A stretch of 62,440 nucleotides of DNA, taken from NCBI GenBank assembly GCA_023231475.1, contig JALJEE010001778.1:1-62440 (forward strand). Direction: 5' to 3'. The notes below the pieces were generated by a model. That model made no database searches and was not told the origin of the DNA. It worked only from the letters and a program-made list of their open reading frames with translations. The position numbers were made by a program, and so were the translations under genes. The DNA comes from Seison nebaliae (lineage: Eukaryota). The number at the start of each line of letters is the position of its first letter. The stretch's first letter is position 1. This document shows, one piece after another, positions 42,500 through 56,845 of the stretch.

Positions 42500-43241
42500 T
42501 AGTGATGGGGACACGAAGTGCGAAGGGAAATTAATTTCTTCGTCCCCCTTTTAATAAATGAAAAATTCCAGCCATCTTCCCTTCGCGAGCTATACATACT
42601 CCCATTTCGCGAAGGGAAACGAAGTGAAGGAAAGAAAAGAAGAAAAAAAGGGACGGCGAAGCAACATTTTTTTGAAAGTCCTTTTCCTACTTTAACGGAC
42701 AGAATAGTACTGGGACAATATAATCGTTGAAAAATTATGATAGGGGGAAAATATTTTTTTTTAGGAATAAAAATTTTTATCCAAATACAAAAAAAAAGAA
42801 TAAAATGTAAATGAAAATATTATCAATATCAAAAAATGTCAATATCGTAGTCGGAGATATTACCACCATCAACTCTTTAAAGTTGCCGATAAGCCGATTA
42901 CTATTTTTTGATTTTGATAATATTTTCATTTACATTTTATTCCTTTTTTTTGTATCTATATAAAAATTTTTATTCCTAAAAAAATATATTTTTCCCCCTA
43001 TCATAATTTTTCAACGATTATATTCTCCCAGTACTATTCTGTCCGTTAAAGTAGGAAAAGGACTTTCAAAAAAATGTTGCTTCGCCGTCCCTTTTTTTCT
43101 TCTTTTCTTTCCTTCACTTCGTTTCCCTTCGCGAAGTGGGAGTATGTATAGCTCGCGAAGGGAAGATGGCTGGAATTTTTCATTTATTAAAAGGGGGACG
43201 AAGAAATTAATTTCCCTTCGCACTTTGTATCCCCATCACTA
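42500..43241. mobile_element. Non-autonomous fold-back hAT-type DNA transposon (MITE), 742 bp
   Basis: Termini TAGTGATGGGG...CCCCATCACTA; inverted arms ~42500-42837 and ~42904-43241 with few mismatches; perfect 8-bp TSD TGTGCAAC at 42492-42499 and 43242-43249. Confidence 0.92.
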
Positions 43242-44307
43242 TGTGCAACTCAATGGGAAAGTTATAAAAAATATCAAATAATCAATTAAGATAATGTCGT
43301 TTTCGCAATAATGCTACAAATTGCACGGAATGAAATAGACAAAATAACTGCCATCGTATAGACATTGGTTGGCTTATGAACTTCGTTGCTATTGACAATA
43401 CTAGCTAATTTCACTCAATTGCATTTTATTAAATGATGAGGAAATAGGAAAATTATTTCTTAACAATTTTAATGGTTGGTAAAAAAACGCTCGCAAAATT
43501 TAATATAATAACTTGACAATTAGTTCTATTTAATGTTACATACAGTCTGACGTTGATGAGTTTGAATTCAATATTATTCTTCGATCGTCTATACTTGTGC
43601 TCTTTCTTGTTTGTTTAACCAGTTACTAGTGAGGTTATTTATATGTTGAAAATATTGAACTATTTTTGGAAGGAATATCGAGAATACCGAAAGTTCTTTA
43701 GGAAATTCGATATGCAATTCAAATAAAACAAATATTAAATTGTTGACAGTCAACTGATCGATATACGTTCCATGAGAATAATTTGGAGATGAATGTATTG
43801 CACTTTCCAATGTATATTGGAGAGAAACTGCATGTTTCAATATTTTTTCCGTTCAACAAACTATATATCTCTACTTAAACAATTTAATACAACTTGAACA
43901 TGATAATTGCATTACTTTCTAGAACAAAACATATTCTAATTCTATAATGTAAATAATACAACGTGGATACACTGCTTTAGTTCCGGATCAATTATCAACG
44001 ATTATCGATAATAATTATTTTTTCTATAACAAATATTAATCAAATTTACTTATAAGTCTTCACCCGAAAGAAGTTTCACCAAAATTTATTGAGAAATGAA
44101 AGAAATGGTATAAAATCATATAATTTAAATTATTACTGAATAAGAAGATATTTGATGAGATGAATGAGAAGAAAATTGTTAAAAAAGAAAAAGAAATGAC
44201 ATTTGAGATTTGTTCGTGATATTAGTAGAAAATAAATTAGATCATCATCAAGAAAATAGTATAGTATTATTTGACATTTCAACTAATCGCATAAACCACA
44301 CCTACAA

Positions 44308-46650
44308 TCACATATACGATTTTATTGTATTATTGTGCATTGTCATCTGTTGTGATAATGTATTACTATTTTTTTCTTGTACAGGATTATTATTAACATT
44401 CTTATTTAAATCCATTTGATTATTGTTCAGACAGAAATTATTTGGAAATGCATTAAATTGATTATGTTGTTCCATCAAATCCTTATTTCCAATTTGAAAA
44501 TGTTCATTTTGTAGAAGAAGATAATTTGGATTATTCAATGTTGATTGATACGAATCTTTATCAAACATTGTCCGTTCACTACTTAAATGATTCATTTCAG
44601 TTCCATTATTGAATGTGTCATAAATTTTAGGATTCTGACCATTCTTTTCGATTTTACTCCAATGTTCGTTTGTTAAATAATTATTAGCAAGATATAATTT
44701 CTGATCAAGAGCTTTATTACTTTCACTATCTACGTCCGATTGAAATGATGCTAAAAATGAGAAAATATAAAATGAAAAAAATTCGACTCTTTTAAAACTA
44801 ACAGTCTAATACTTCTTCATCTTCAATCTCAACATCCATATCAACTTCCCCGTCATCCTCTTCGTCAATATCTTCTTCGTCGTTTTCTTCCTTTCTATTT
44901 ATGTCCCAATATTCGTCTTCATTATTATTGATATATCCACTGTCGTCGGTTGAAGTGGCATCTTCATTCTCTTTCTCTTGTTTCAAATTCTTACTAGTCA
45001 TATTCTTCACCTTCTCCGCATTTGACATACTTCCTTTACTTTTGTTAATTTGACTACGTCGTTGTAATTTCTTCATCTAAAAAGTTATAATCATCTCAGA
45101 AAATAAATATTGGATATAATAATAACTTTCGCTCGTTCATTTTGGAACCAGACTTGTACGACCCGTACACTCAATCCTGTCTCCGCTGCCAATTGTTCAC
45201 GAACTTTTCTACAAGGCTTTGCTGATGCTTCAAAAGCCCCACGGAACTTTCGTCTCTGAGAACTTGTCAAAATTGTCCTTGGACGTTTTGGACCACGTCG
45301 ACATAAAGATGCTGCATGTGCTACAAAACTTGCCGCCGTCATATTTGCTGCTGAACCGCCTGGACGCATAACATTAGGGAAATTGGTAAAAGCGGATGCT
45401 GGAGTATTCATTGACGGTGCAAAGCCAAGACCATAAGGTCTACTCGTTGCAAAGGCGTTGTTCGCTTGTGATGTTGAGAAGAAATTATTTTGGAAATCAT
45501 TCAAATTCTTTTCATTATTTGTTGAATTTTTATTATCCAATTTCATATCGTTTTCTTTAAATAAATCGAATTGAAATATATTTTCAAATGATCAAATGAA
45601 TTGAAACTAACGATTAAAAGTAAGGAAAGGTGATGGCAAGAAGAAGTCAGCTGGCATATTAGTAGTATGTGGAAATAGTACTGGGGGCATAGGAAATGAA
45701 AATTGACCATCATTCGGACGATGTTCCTTCTTCAATTTACTCATTTCTTGCCAATGAGTTGCACAAAGTATCTTCGAACTATTCCTGCCATTCTCATCAT
45801 TGACGATAGCATACTTCTCACCTTTCTGTAATTTAGTTCCACATTCTGAACAAGAGAAACATTCGATATGATAATACTGCATTTTATTCTTTTCCGGATT
45901 TAATGTACTTCTATTATTGATCAGATACACCTTCGCCTCTTCGTTGATTTGATTCAAACATTTTTCGCACCGAATAATTTTCTTTTCCGATTCCGTCGAT
46001 GATCTGCAACACATGCCAATTATTAGACTTTTATGTTTCATATGCATATTTCCTCCGAACGATGAGCAAATATAGAGAAGTTAAAAGGATTAATTTTGCC
46101 CGATCCTCATAACGGAAACTAAAAAATGTTAAAAGGACATTTGTCTAAACTCCTCCAAATAAGAAAACGATCATTTTTAGAAGGATTAACGACTCTCAAA
46201 AATGCTCCAAAATCAAATTTAATTAATTAATAAGTATTTTATGATGAGTAATAAAAAGTTAAATTTCTGATACTTTTTAAACTCGATAAGTATCAATAAT
46301 AATTGGGATTTTGAAAAGACAAACTATGATTTCGAAAAAAATAACTTTAAAAAATCTTCTTTACAAAATAATTGACCATTTTTGAAGAAACATCGATCTT
46401 CTAATAAATTGTGACAGGACGAACATTGGAGACATTGCTCATGCCAATAGCAATTTAATAAGAACACTCGATATTGATCTGCTATTGGCTCGTTGCATTT
46501 TTGACAAATATAAACTGATTCGACATCATTTAATTGGGATGTTTGAGATGTAGATGTATCGCCGTCAAAAGACATGGATGATGGTGATAACATTAAGGAT
46601 GTGGATTTGGCGAAAGTTATCGGTTTTTCACAAACAGTGGACGAATTCAT
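44308..46650 (-). CDS. LMX1: LIM-homeobox transcription factor LMX1; introns 46004-46345, 45555-45611, 45077-45126, 44751-44802
   Basis: Two LIM domains ([39 protein letters not shown]). Homeodomain [59 protein letters not shown] is diagnostic of LMX1. Confidence 0.93.
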
Positions 46651-49600
46651 TGTTCATTGAAGGCGATGAAAATAGAAGAATCTGTAACTAGATAAAATTT
46701 GAGAAATAATAATATTAAGCACCGTAGGAAGTTTAGCACACGTTACTCTAACGGATGACATTAATAATATGATGTTCCGGAAATCATTCAGTCGCTTATC
46801 ACTAAACATTAAACGAACATTTTGTGCACTAACTCAGCGGTAAGAACAGTTGACACCTTTCGTAAAGATAAGAACTTGTTTAATAAAACAGAAAGCAAAT
46901 AATAAGAAAAAGAAGGGGAGGTTGAGTCAATGTGAAGTCAATAGAGTAGTGTTGAACTGATTGAAAGTGAAGAAGATTAGAGATTGGAATGAAGTGGTTA
47001 TAAAAGATCAAACATGAAAATAGATGATATTCATAAACAGAAAAGAAATAATTAGAAATGATGTAACGATGTACTTGATGGGAGAAAGAAGAAAGAGTTC
47101 AGTTATCGGTAGAATAATCGTTCACTATTTCATCATCGATACCACTCCTTTTAAGATTGAATATGGTCACAGCAATTCGGAGGGGAAAGTCACAAATCGC
47201 CAAAGAATGTTTCGATGACAAGTATCAAATAGATTGCTGTCAATTTGTCCAGTTCATATTTTCTTGTCGGAAGAATTTCAGTTATTAGTTTTCCTTCTAC
47301 TATTCTTTCAGGAACTTTCAGATCTTCCTGCCAACTCAATCTCAGAGAGAAATTCTTTAATCTTTCCAACTTAAATAAACATTTTAACTATTTCATGATA
47401 CCGTTCATATACCATCATTCATTGAAGGATTATCGATCTTCGTTTGACCAATTGTGATGAAGAAGCACGTTTATTAATTTTGAGAAATATGCGCAAACGT
47501 TGTGCCGTTCAGCTACAGACGATAAATAAAGTGAAACCAATTAGAGTAGACGCTCCAAAAAAGTGAACGAAGTACGAAAAGAAAATAGATCAATCAACAC
47601 AACTTATTCTTCACATGATTCGTTTAAAAAGATTGAAAGGAAGCTAAGGAAATTCTCATCGATATCTTAGAGAGAGATACAGAGGAATTGATATGAAAAT
47701 TATTCAAACATAATCTTTCTCGCTTCCACCAACGAAACTGTGAGAGTAGCAAACATAATTATTAACATGAATGTTGTCGAAACATTTGGAAGTGTCGGCA
47801 TTCATTTCGTTTATTCTTAATTTAACACGATCTATCGTCTTTTGTTTCTATATCTCAATCTCTATCGATTATTCCATTCAAACGACTTCAGCCAATCAAG
47901 AACTTTATTAAAAATCTAACAATCTTACCATCATCACCTAAACACGCATCTTTCATTGTAATTCCACGTAATAATAATAATAATAATAAATGACGAATCC
48001 ATAACAACCACAATAGATTTTACGATTCTCTACTTCATAACTAGAAAAAAAAATCTCTATAAATTTCAACAACTTTCTTCAACTTTTCCATCATCGAAGT
48101 GATGAAAAGGAATAATCTATTTTTTTTTATATTAAATGTATCTCTCTGAAAATTATGTAATAATTTATTTTCGTTGAGGAACGAAAATTAACCAATCGAA
48201 TTAGGGGAAAGTTCTTATTAGTATTCATCGCGAAGTAGTACGATTAGGAGACGATGATAAATGAAGTAATTAGAAGTGAATGGAATAAATCGATAAATTT
48301 CATATATTTCGTTGGAAAATTTTAATAAAATTATTTTGAAGAACATCTTAATGTGAGGTTTGTTTAGAAGGGAAATATCCAAAATCTATGCTCAGTCAAC
48401 AATTTAATAAAGAAGAATGGAGACAATCTTATCAGTAGCCGAAGGTAGGACGATGATGCATGGAAGCAGAAATCTTGCTTTCCTTCTAGTCATTTGCCTA
48501 TTATATTTCAATCTTATCTTCTTCATGATATGATTTTATTCATCTCAATTTATTGCTTCGAAATTTCCAACTAAATTTCCTTTTCCTGATACGAATGAAT
48601 TCGTTTGTAGAAAGGTGTAAATTACCACTCTTCTAATAACATGAGAATACTCATCATCTCCGAGAATATAATTCGAGTGCATCAAATTCTATCAAATTAA
48701 CGATATTTATTCCATGAATATCACACGATCATTTAAATGATCTTTCTAAAATGAAAACGATTCAGTAAAGAATCATTATTGAATTGATTGACAATTCAAA
48801 TCTCTCACAGAATGGAAAAGTTCTCAATATGTGGAAGTTTAAAATCCGTTTTGGTATTTGTCAACTGCAATATCAGTATCCGAGTATCAGTGGAAATCGG
48901 TAGGAAAGCTTCATCTGCCTCTTCATCTTTTATTAAGTTTATCTTATGCAACTGATCGCTGAACCAATAAAGGCGAATCAATTTCGGAACTTAAAATTTA
49001 TTCCTTTGAAGATTATAGGTGAGTCGATCGTCGATGTTCATCGTCGTCGTTACATATGAAAAAGAATGAGAGAGGAAAGTTAAATATCTCAATATTAAAT
49101 TCTTTTAGATAGACCAACGAAAACTACAACATCTAACTAACGGAAAAAGGCAGAAGAGGTGAACAAGAGAAACGTTCATTCCACCAACATCAATAATATT
49201 CACAAGTGCTTCGATTTTTCCGACTGCAACACTCTCATTTAAATAATTCAATAAACAGAATATTACTTCCTGTCATCTCGAACATTCGACTTCGTTTTTC
49301 CACTTCGATTATCCCAATATAGCAGTTGCTTTACAACTTCTTTTTAATAAAATTCCGATTGAATCGTAACAGTCAAATCAGTTTCATGTCAATCGTCACA
49401 TCCATCCATTAGGTATGGTGAATGACGGAAATAATGTTAATGTTGATTAATGAGTAAAATAAAAAGAAGAATTTTATTTTCAAATTTAAATTTTATTTCT
49501 TAATAAACAATTGAAGAAAAAAATTACAAACATTCTACATTGAATACGTCTCAATCAATAAAAGATGGTATCTGATTATTGATTATTATCAGTGGAAATG

Positions 49601-50141
49601 CTTCACGAATGAAATATTATTGAAAATTTAACGACAATTTAATTTCTCCAACGTCCAACGATATTTTTTCCGTTCAATATCTCGTGAATATTTCCCATAG
49701 TAATAATTCACTATCGTCTCACTTGATATAATGCCACAGATGTTAATTAATGATGATTAGAAGATATTATCGAATCCATTAAATATATACAAAATTATAT
49801 ATTCTATTTTGGATCTAACAAATCTTACAATTACTATTAATGGAAAGTAAAATAAAGAAAGAATAATATAATAAATATATAGTATAATAAATAAGAAAGA
49901 GTAATATTCCGTTCGTTATTTTTTTCTTATTAGAAACGTTAAGAATGATAAAAAAAAATGAATCAATAATTAACATTTCTTCAATTTTCTCTTTCTCTCC
50001 ATCATTGGTTCATAAGAGACGAATAATGTCCACTTGTTCTTTCAAGAAGAGTAATGGATGAAGTGAAGGGAATAGATCAATCATTAACGATCAAACATGA
50101 TAATATAGAAATAAATACAAGATTAAAATAGAAAGTAATCA

Positions 50142-51310
50142 TCATAGAAAATAACGATGAAAAATTGACTTATATGTTTTGTAATTTTCAAAAGATTTCT
50201 CTGTGAATAATTTTAAATCTTTGAATTGTATTGATGTTCTGATAGATTGGATAATCTTCAGAGTAATGGAATGTCTTGGTTCATTTTGATTGTTTTTGGA
50301 TGGATGTTGATATTCTGATCTCAAATGTTTGAATGAGCGAACTCTATTTTAAAAGAGATTTTTAAGAAAACAAGAACAATTCTCACTCAGTCAGAAACAC
50401 TCGGACATAGATAAATTGTGACGAACAGAAGGAAGAATATTTACAGTTTGAAATTGTGATTGACGAATGGCTATGTCGTCATCATTGCTTTTGATAACCG
50501 GGTATAATTCTTCAGAATAAGCGAATAAACCATTTTCTTCAATTTGGCTTTCTTTCGAATTCTTCAAAAATTGTTAGGAGATGTTGAAGATTTAATATCT
50601 TTTAAAAACTTTTCGAAACCGAAATCTCTTTGAGAAGATCTCGATTTTTCAGTAAACGACGGTAATCGAGTTCTTCTATTCTCATCGTTTTCAGAAGATG
50701 GCGAATAGAAGAGTGTTTGTTGACGATATCTCTGATGAATTGTTTGCATTGTCTTTCGACGTCCATGATCAACAAGACGTGAGTGATATGTTGAATGTGT
50801 AGTTCTTTTGACGATACTCACATCATCTTGAATGACTTTCGACAAATTATGCAAAGTATTTTTTAGCAGAGTTCTTTTCCGTAGATCTAACTTATATGAA
50901 CCGTTACTCTGTTTGAAAACCAACGGAGACGGCAATCCCAAACGATTTGCTTTGCGACGTTTCATTCGTTGTTTCTCTTTGTTTCTCGCCCTTAATTTTA
51001 AACTTGTGATATTCAAAATTCTTTCAATTAAATTATCATCATTTAACGTATTATTTTTCGATCCATCACCACAACGACTACGATGTCTGTAAGCGTCCGA
51101 TGTTCCTCGGTTGGGGCCCATTGTACGATCAACGACAAGTTCACAAATATCCACTAATATTAAAGTAATGCAAGATATAAAATGAAAAAGATAAAAAATT
51201 TTCTTTTTGCCTTTTACAATTGAAAGTTCTCCTTTAACCAATTCCAATGAAAATTGTAATATGTTTAAATTCTTCTTTCTCTTTCCGTATTTTAATGGAA
51301 TTCGTTCGTC
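50142..51310 (-). CDS. Uncharacterised basic, multi-exon protein; 5' end unresolved
   Basis: 227-aa ORF extended by a 58-nt GTT..AAG intron (50562-50619) into further open exons ending at 50142; no family recognised. Confidence 0.4.
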
Positions 51311-52326
51311 TTATACCGTAAATAAATAACTTTCTTTCTTCGATGGACATAGATGAGAAGAAATTCAATCTTATTACTTTTATCTTAAATAACTACTAGT
51401 CAATATTTTGGAAAAAAATTTATTTTCATACTTTTAGCTTGTCATGTAAAGAAAAAATTACGTCATTTTTTCAAATTTATTTATCTTCTCTTTATTTGAT
51501 TAACGAGAGTTTTTGTTGACATGGCAATTAACAGATCTTTCTTACTTTTCACATTCGTCTTACACTTCAACATTACCATTTAAGACCTCAACCATTAGAC
51601 ATTGAATATTAAACTGACAATTATATTTTGTGAATAGAATTTTATTAATAAATAAATTTTTACATTTAAATTTATAGAAATATTAGTGGAATGTTCAATA
51701 GCTTTTTTTTTAATTACTAATAAATAATTAGAAATATATAAAATACATATGAACATTTCTTAAAATGGGGAATCTCCGATGTTTAAATTCTTATGCATTA
51801 TTCGTAATAATCCAATCGACATCTTTCATTTTATTGCCAAAGATTTGACAAACATTTTTTTGAGTTTTTAAACAATTTTTACTAACTAACTTCTAACTTG
51901 TAAAACTACGCTGCTAAAAATTGGGGACCAAGTGAAAGTTTGGAAATTATCGAAAAACTCATAAATAATTGATTTCTATGAATAATTAATGACAACAAAC
52001 AAATAAGTCAATAATATTTGGAGAACATTTGGTGTAAATTGCCCGTTTTTCGTATGATATACATAGGTTATGAATTGGTTGAGAATTAAAATCGAAAGAG
52101 TTTTATTACAAATGAAAGAAAAATGAGGAAAAATAAGAAAATATGTTTGACTTGATAATGATAATGTGGAAAGGTAATCATATAGCGATGGAATAACATC
52201 GGGTCATATCGAATGATTTACCTTCAATTTTAATTGATCCAAATTACAAAAATTAAAAAACTTAAGATGATATTAATATAAAATAATTAATTTCAATTTT
52301 TCAATTCTCTGTCGCATATCACATTT

Positions 52327-54186
52327 TCATTGTTCATATACGATTTCGTCGATTCGTAATAAAGTTTGTTGAAATTGTTTGAAAACGTTGTCAATCCATT
52401 GTTCATTGTCCAAGCAATATTTGAGAGCTTCAGTCTTCAACTTCTCTCCCAAGTCTCCTAATTCGTTGATGGCAGCATGTACCTGTTCCCTGCACATCAC
52501 ATAGAAATGATATTTCATATGAGCGACATCATGACATAATGTGACGATATCATGCATTTTTTTGTTGATTTTAAAACACTATTTTAATTTTGAAAATTAT
52601 ATTTTTAATTTAAAAAAAAAATGAAACTTTCTCCGTATCATTGCTTATTATTTCCATAGTCTTCTTATCATAAATATCTCCTTTGAGAGTTATGTGCAAA
52701 ACAGTTTCATTATCTGATTCGGTGGAGGTGAAAAGTGTATTATAATTTTCAATAGCTTCCTAAATGTCAAATTTGTTATATGTTATTGAAGAAATGAAAT
52801 TGTTTAACTTTGAAGTCGTCCATGAGATTGGAATGAGAACAAAGTGCATGAAATTTAGCATTGAAAATAGCGGACATAATTTCAAGTGCTGGTTTGAAAT
52901 AATCATCTATGAAGAATTTAATGAATTATTTATGATTATTATGAATTTTCAATAAGAAAATGAAAACCATTAATTTTCGATATCTCTTCGATAAACGTAC
53001 TGTCTAATGCTTGACTTAAAAGAATTTGAAGCCAAGTAATGAATATGTCACGTAGGACACTGTAATCATTAAAGACGGTTTTGTATGTTGGAAGATCTTT
53101 CTCACTCACAACGAATACATTGTTATATATTTCTCCATCAATTGGAAAATATTCTTTATAATCGTCACTATCTAATACTCTCTTCTTACCTATCGAAGCA
53201 TAACATCGACGTCCATTTTGAATTGAATCAAAATTGAATTCTTCAAAGAATTTCTTCGCATCAATTCGCCAAATACTTTGTGACTCGATTGGAAACATAC
53301 CATAGCGATACATGAAGAAACCGTTTTGATGGAATTCAACTGGTGGTATTTTATGTTCAATGAAACAAGGACGAACTGGTGGCGCCATCATTTCTGTCTC
53401 CATCATATCAGACATGATATTATTATTTACTGGAACTTTATTATTACTACTTGTACTACTAGTTACAAATTGTTTATTCTGATCGGTGGAATTTCGTTGA
53501 AATCGTTGAGGTTGGAATAATACATGATCAGTAATACTATCATTAACTCCATTAATATGATCATAAAATTCATTTTGGAAACAAGTATTCGATCGATTTG
53601 ATTGAAATTTTGGACATAATTTCATTTGAACTGATTCATTATGTTCGACTATTTCGGTGGTATAAAGTCGATTGTTTATAACGGAAAATTCTTTCGGTGG
53701 AAATAATGCTACCATTCGTAAATTAAAAGGATTTATTGGATTCGACATATCGTATGGAATTGTAGCGATTTCATATTCTTTCGGGTCTCTATTACCTGAT
53801 GATGTGGATGTCAATGTTGTCATTGTATTCCCAAATTGAGAAGAAGATAATGGTTGATGTTGAGAGGGTAATGGAGCATGATCAGAACCAGGAGGACCAT
53901 GTGACGGATGATTAAGATGATGTCCTTGATTTGAATGTTGTTGTTGATGTGTCATATGATTCCCTCCAGGAGTACCAATTCCTTGTCCAAAGTGACTAGG
54001 AGTTGGTCTACCATAATTTGGTTGTCGATTTCCATGATAAGGAAGTGGAGCCATTTGTGGATGTTGTCGATTCGGAGGATTCATTGACGAATAAGGTTCA
54101 TAAAAGAAATTTTCACCATTTTTCGATGGATTATTGAAATTGCCCATCATCGTACGATCATTTTGTCGATATTCATTGCGATTCAT
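52327..54186 (-). CDS. DUF4211-domain protein (QSER1/PRR12-related C-terminus) with Q/H/P-rich N-terminus; introns 52907-52967, 52760-52808, 52579-52627
   Basis: FITWLQILLSQALDSTFIEEISKINDDYFKPAL and LCHDVAHMKYHFYVMC..CLDNEQWIDNVF resemble DUF4211; 1701-nt CDS in frame. Confidence 0.7.
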
Positions 54187-54535
54187 TATGAATAAAATTC
54201 GATTAAATTCAATTGAAAATCAGAAGAAATCGATTAGAAAGAAAGATGGTCTAAGATCAATAAAATAAAATGTTGGTTAGAAGGAAACAGAATGAAAATG
54301 TCGTAATTTGAAATTATTTCGGGAATTATTTTTTCGAAAATAATTATTCCATTATAAATTTTTTATGAATTGAATTAGAAGAGAATAAAAGAATGACACA
54401 CAAAAAACGATTTTCCTTAATTTATAATTTAACTGTTCATCAAGAATTCGTTTAGTGTCTTTCCACAAAATTCTACGATAGAGAATTGAGAAAGTAAATA
54501 AAATTGGAAAAATGATGATTTGAAAACAAATGGCT

Positions 54536-55375
54536 TCAATTCCAATTATATCCTCCAGGACGAATGATCCGATTTCTATTTTCATTATCGTCATTGTTCC
54601 CATTATTATTACCATCATCTACATTCTCAGTCCGTTCATTGTTATTATCTCCACCATTCGTCATATTCCTGTATGTTTCGTCGTTTAATTCTTCTTCGAT
54701 TATCGGATGAATTTGTTCATTCTGATTTGCATTCTGATCCAATTGGTCGAATAATCGATGAAGAATATTCGGTGTTTTCAATATTCGGAAACCATCATCT
54801 TGATAGGGGAAAACGTCTTCTAAAAAATAATATAAATGTCCTGCAGCTATTCCCACCACATCAATAATGAATTGATTGCCCAAAATGAATGAGACAGCAA
54901 GTAGAGCCCAATGGAGATTGATTGCACGGAAATTGAATAATCCCATAAAATTCATACGAATTTGAGGATTTCTCCTTCCCCAAATATACACCAACATTAT
55001 CGTAAATGCATTGTAGAGAAAGAAGACATTATAAAAACAAGCGAACAATGTTATCATGACAGTGCCGAAAAGACAAAGAAAAAAGAAATCGGCCGTACGT
55101 CCTCGAAATGATCCTTCTTCCAAATATCGACAGTAGCGGAACATGAAGAGAATTTGAAAGAAGAAATTAAATCCAATATTTCCCATGTAACAAAAATTGG
55201 TGAATAATCTCCAAATCTGAAATTTTCTAAAAATCAGATGAGGATTAAAATACAATTGATATGGATTGATCCATTGACTCTCTACGAGTGCTGTGGTGAC
55301 GATGCATGCTGTCGTATATCCTCGAGTAATCGGAGGAATTTGCATATACTCATTATATAAATTCTGAATTGCCAT
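54536..55375 (-). CDS. DERL2: Derlin-2/3 (ERAD rhomboid pseudoprotease), single exon
   Basis: [61 protein letters not shown], and C-terminal SHP-like RPGGYNW. Confidence 0.95.
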   Translation of the reverse strand: MAIQNLYNEYMQIPPITRGYTTACIVTTALVESQWINPYQLYFNPHLIFRKFQIWRLFTNFCYMGNIGFNFFFQILFMFRYCRYLEEGSFRGRTADFFFLCLFGTVMITLFACFYNVFFLYNAFTIMLVYIWGRRNPQIRMNFMGLFNFRAINLHWALLAVSFILGNQFIIDVVGIAAGHLYYFLEDVFPYQDDGFRILKTPNILHRLFDQLDQNANQNEQIHPIIEEELNDETYRNMTNGGDNNNERTENVDDGNNNGNNDDNENRNRIIRPGGYNWN

Positions 55376-56060
55376 TACACTTCACTATTCGGCTCGTCAC
55401 TCGTTCGAGTAAACTATTGCAAGACAATTCAAAAATACACGTTTCCAATTACTGATGTGCTGTATGTTTTATGTTCGAAGTATTTGTGTTCCTTCTTTAT
55501 TTTACTGTGGAGAGCTTAGATGTTAAAAAAACATTTTAAATTTTATACAAAATTTTTTTGCTTTTAAATTTTTTTCTAATTTATTTCCACTATATCATTA
55601 AGCTTAATTTACTATTCGTACAGGTTTATATATTATAAAATTATTTTTAATTATTTTTAAATTTATATTTTATTCTTTATTTTGTTATCTTTTAAATTTT
55701 CTAATTTTTTTTTTCAATTGAATATTTTATATTTCACGAAAGTTTTATGATTGTTATTGGAAGGTTACTTATAATATCTTGTAATGACTAATAATCGGAA
55801 AAAATTTAAATAAACATAAAAATATTTTGATTGACATTTAAACATGAACGGTTTAATGATATCGTAATAGAGATGATGAAGTAGATTTGAAGATGAATTA
55901 TTACACAAAATGATGATAAATGATATAATTTGATAATGTGAAAATGATTATTTTTAATTTATTAATTTCAGTCGATAATGAACGATAATGTGTTCAGAGA
56001 ACAATAGAGTACCAATACATCATCAATACTGAATTGTATTATGATCAAATTGATATGATG

Positions 56061-56153
56061 TGAGTCATGTTGTTGATAAATAATAAAATGTTAATTATTT
56101 TCCCCATCAATTAGTGACGTCAAGTCTTAATCGACCGTGTAGATGATATAAAT
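56061..56153 (+). promoter_or_regulatory. GST promoter: AP-1, CRE and TATA
   Basis: TGAGTCA 56061-56067, TGACGTCA 56115-56122 and TATAAAT 56147-56153; ATG at 56213. Confidence 0.5.
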
Positions 56154-56212
56154 ATCATTTTGTTCGAATATCATTTACTTTCAAATATTATTTGAATTTT
56201 AAAGGAGAAAAA

Positions 56213-56845
56213 ATGAGTGAAATTAAATTATTATACTTCAACTTCCGAGGTCGTGCTGAAGTAATTCGATTGATGTTGCATATGTCGAAGGTGGAATTTG
56301 AGGATAAACGGTTTACAAATTTTCAAGAATGGCAGGATAATAAGGAAGGAATTCCAGAAGGCAATCTTCCAATTCTCCAAATTGATGGAAAGGATTTGAA
56401 GAATGGAATGGCTGTCGTGAAATATTTAGCACGCAAATATAACTTATATGGGGAAACGAATGAAGAGAAATATAAGATCGATTATATTACTGAGAATATT
56501 ATCGATTTATATCAAACGTTTGCAGTACAAAATATTCCGAAAGCTGTCTTATTTTATGGACCGGAACATGAAGAAACTAAAGAATTGATCAAAGGATTTG
56601 TTGACGCTACGCTTAATACTTGGTTACCGATGATGGATAAAGAATTAGGAGAAGGTGATCAATATCTCGTGAATAATAAAATGTCGTTTGCTGATCTGAT
56701 GTTCTACGAAGCATTGGTAACTCTCAGTATTCTCGATCCGAAAATTTTAGAAAAATTTTCCAAGTTAACTAAATTTCAAGAATTCTTCGCAAGTCACGAG
56801 AACTTGAAAGATTATTTGGAGAAACGACCAAGTACTTTAATTTAG
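56213..56845 (+). CDS. Glutathione S-transferase, sigma-like class, single exon
   Basis: KLLYFNFRGRAEVIR (catalytic Tyr), LPILQIDG, YLARKYNLYG, MSFADL and YLEKRP. Confidence 0.92.
   Translation: MSEIKLLYFNFRGRAEVIRLMLHMSKVEFEDKRFTNFQEWQDNKEGIPEGNLPILQIDGKDLKNGMAVVKYLARKYNLYGETNEEKYKIDYITENIIDLYQTFAVQNIPKAVLFYGPEHEETKELIKGFVDATLNTWLPMMDKELGEGDQYLVNNKMSFADLMFYEALVTLSILDPKILEKFSKLTKFQEFFASHENLKDYLEKRPSTLI

Noticed and set aside
42518..43223. Two near-identical 70-aa ORFs on opposite strands
   Set aside because: They are the mirrored arms of the MITE, start at non-ATG codons and have no transposase motifs.
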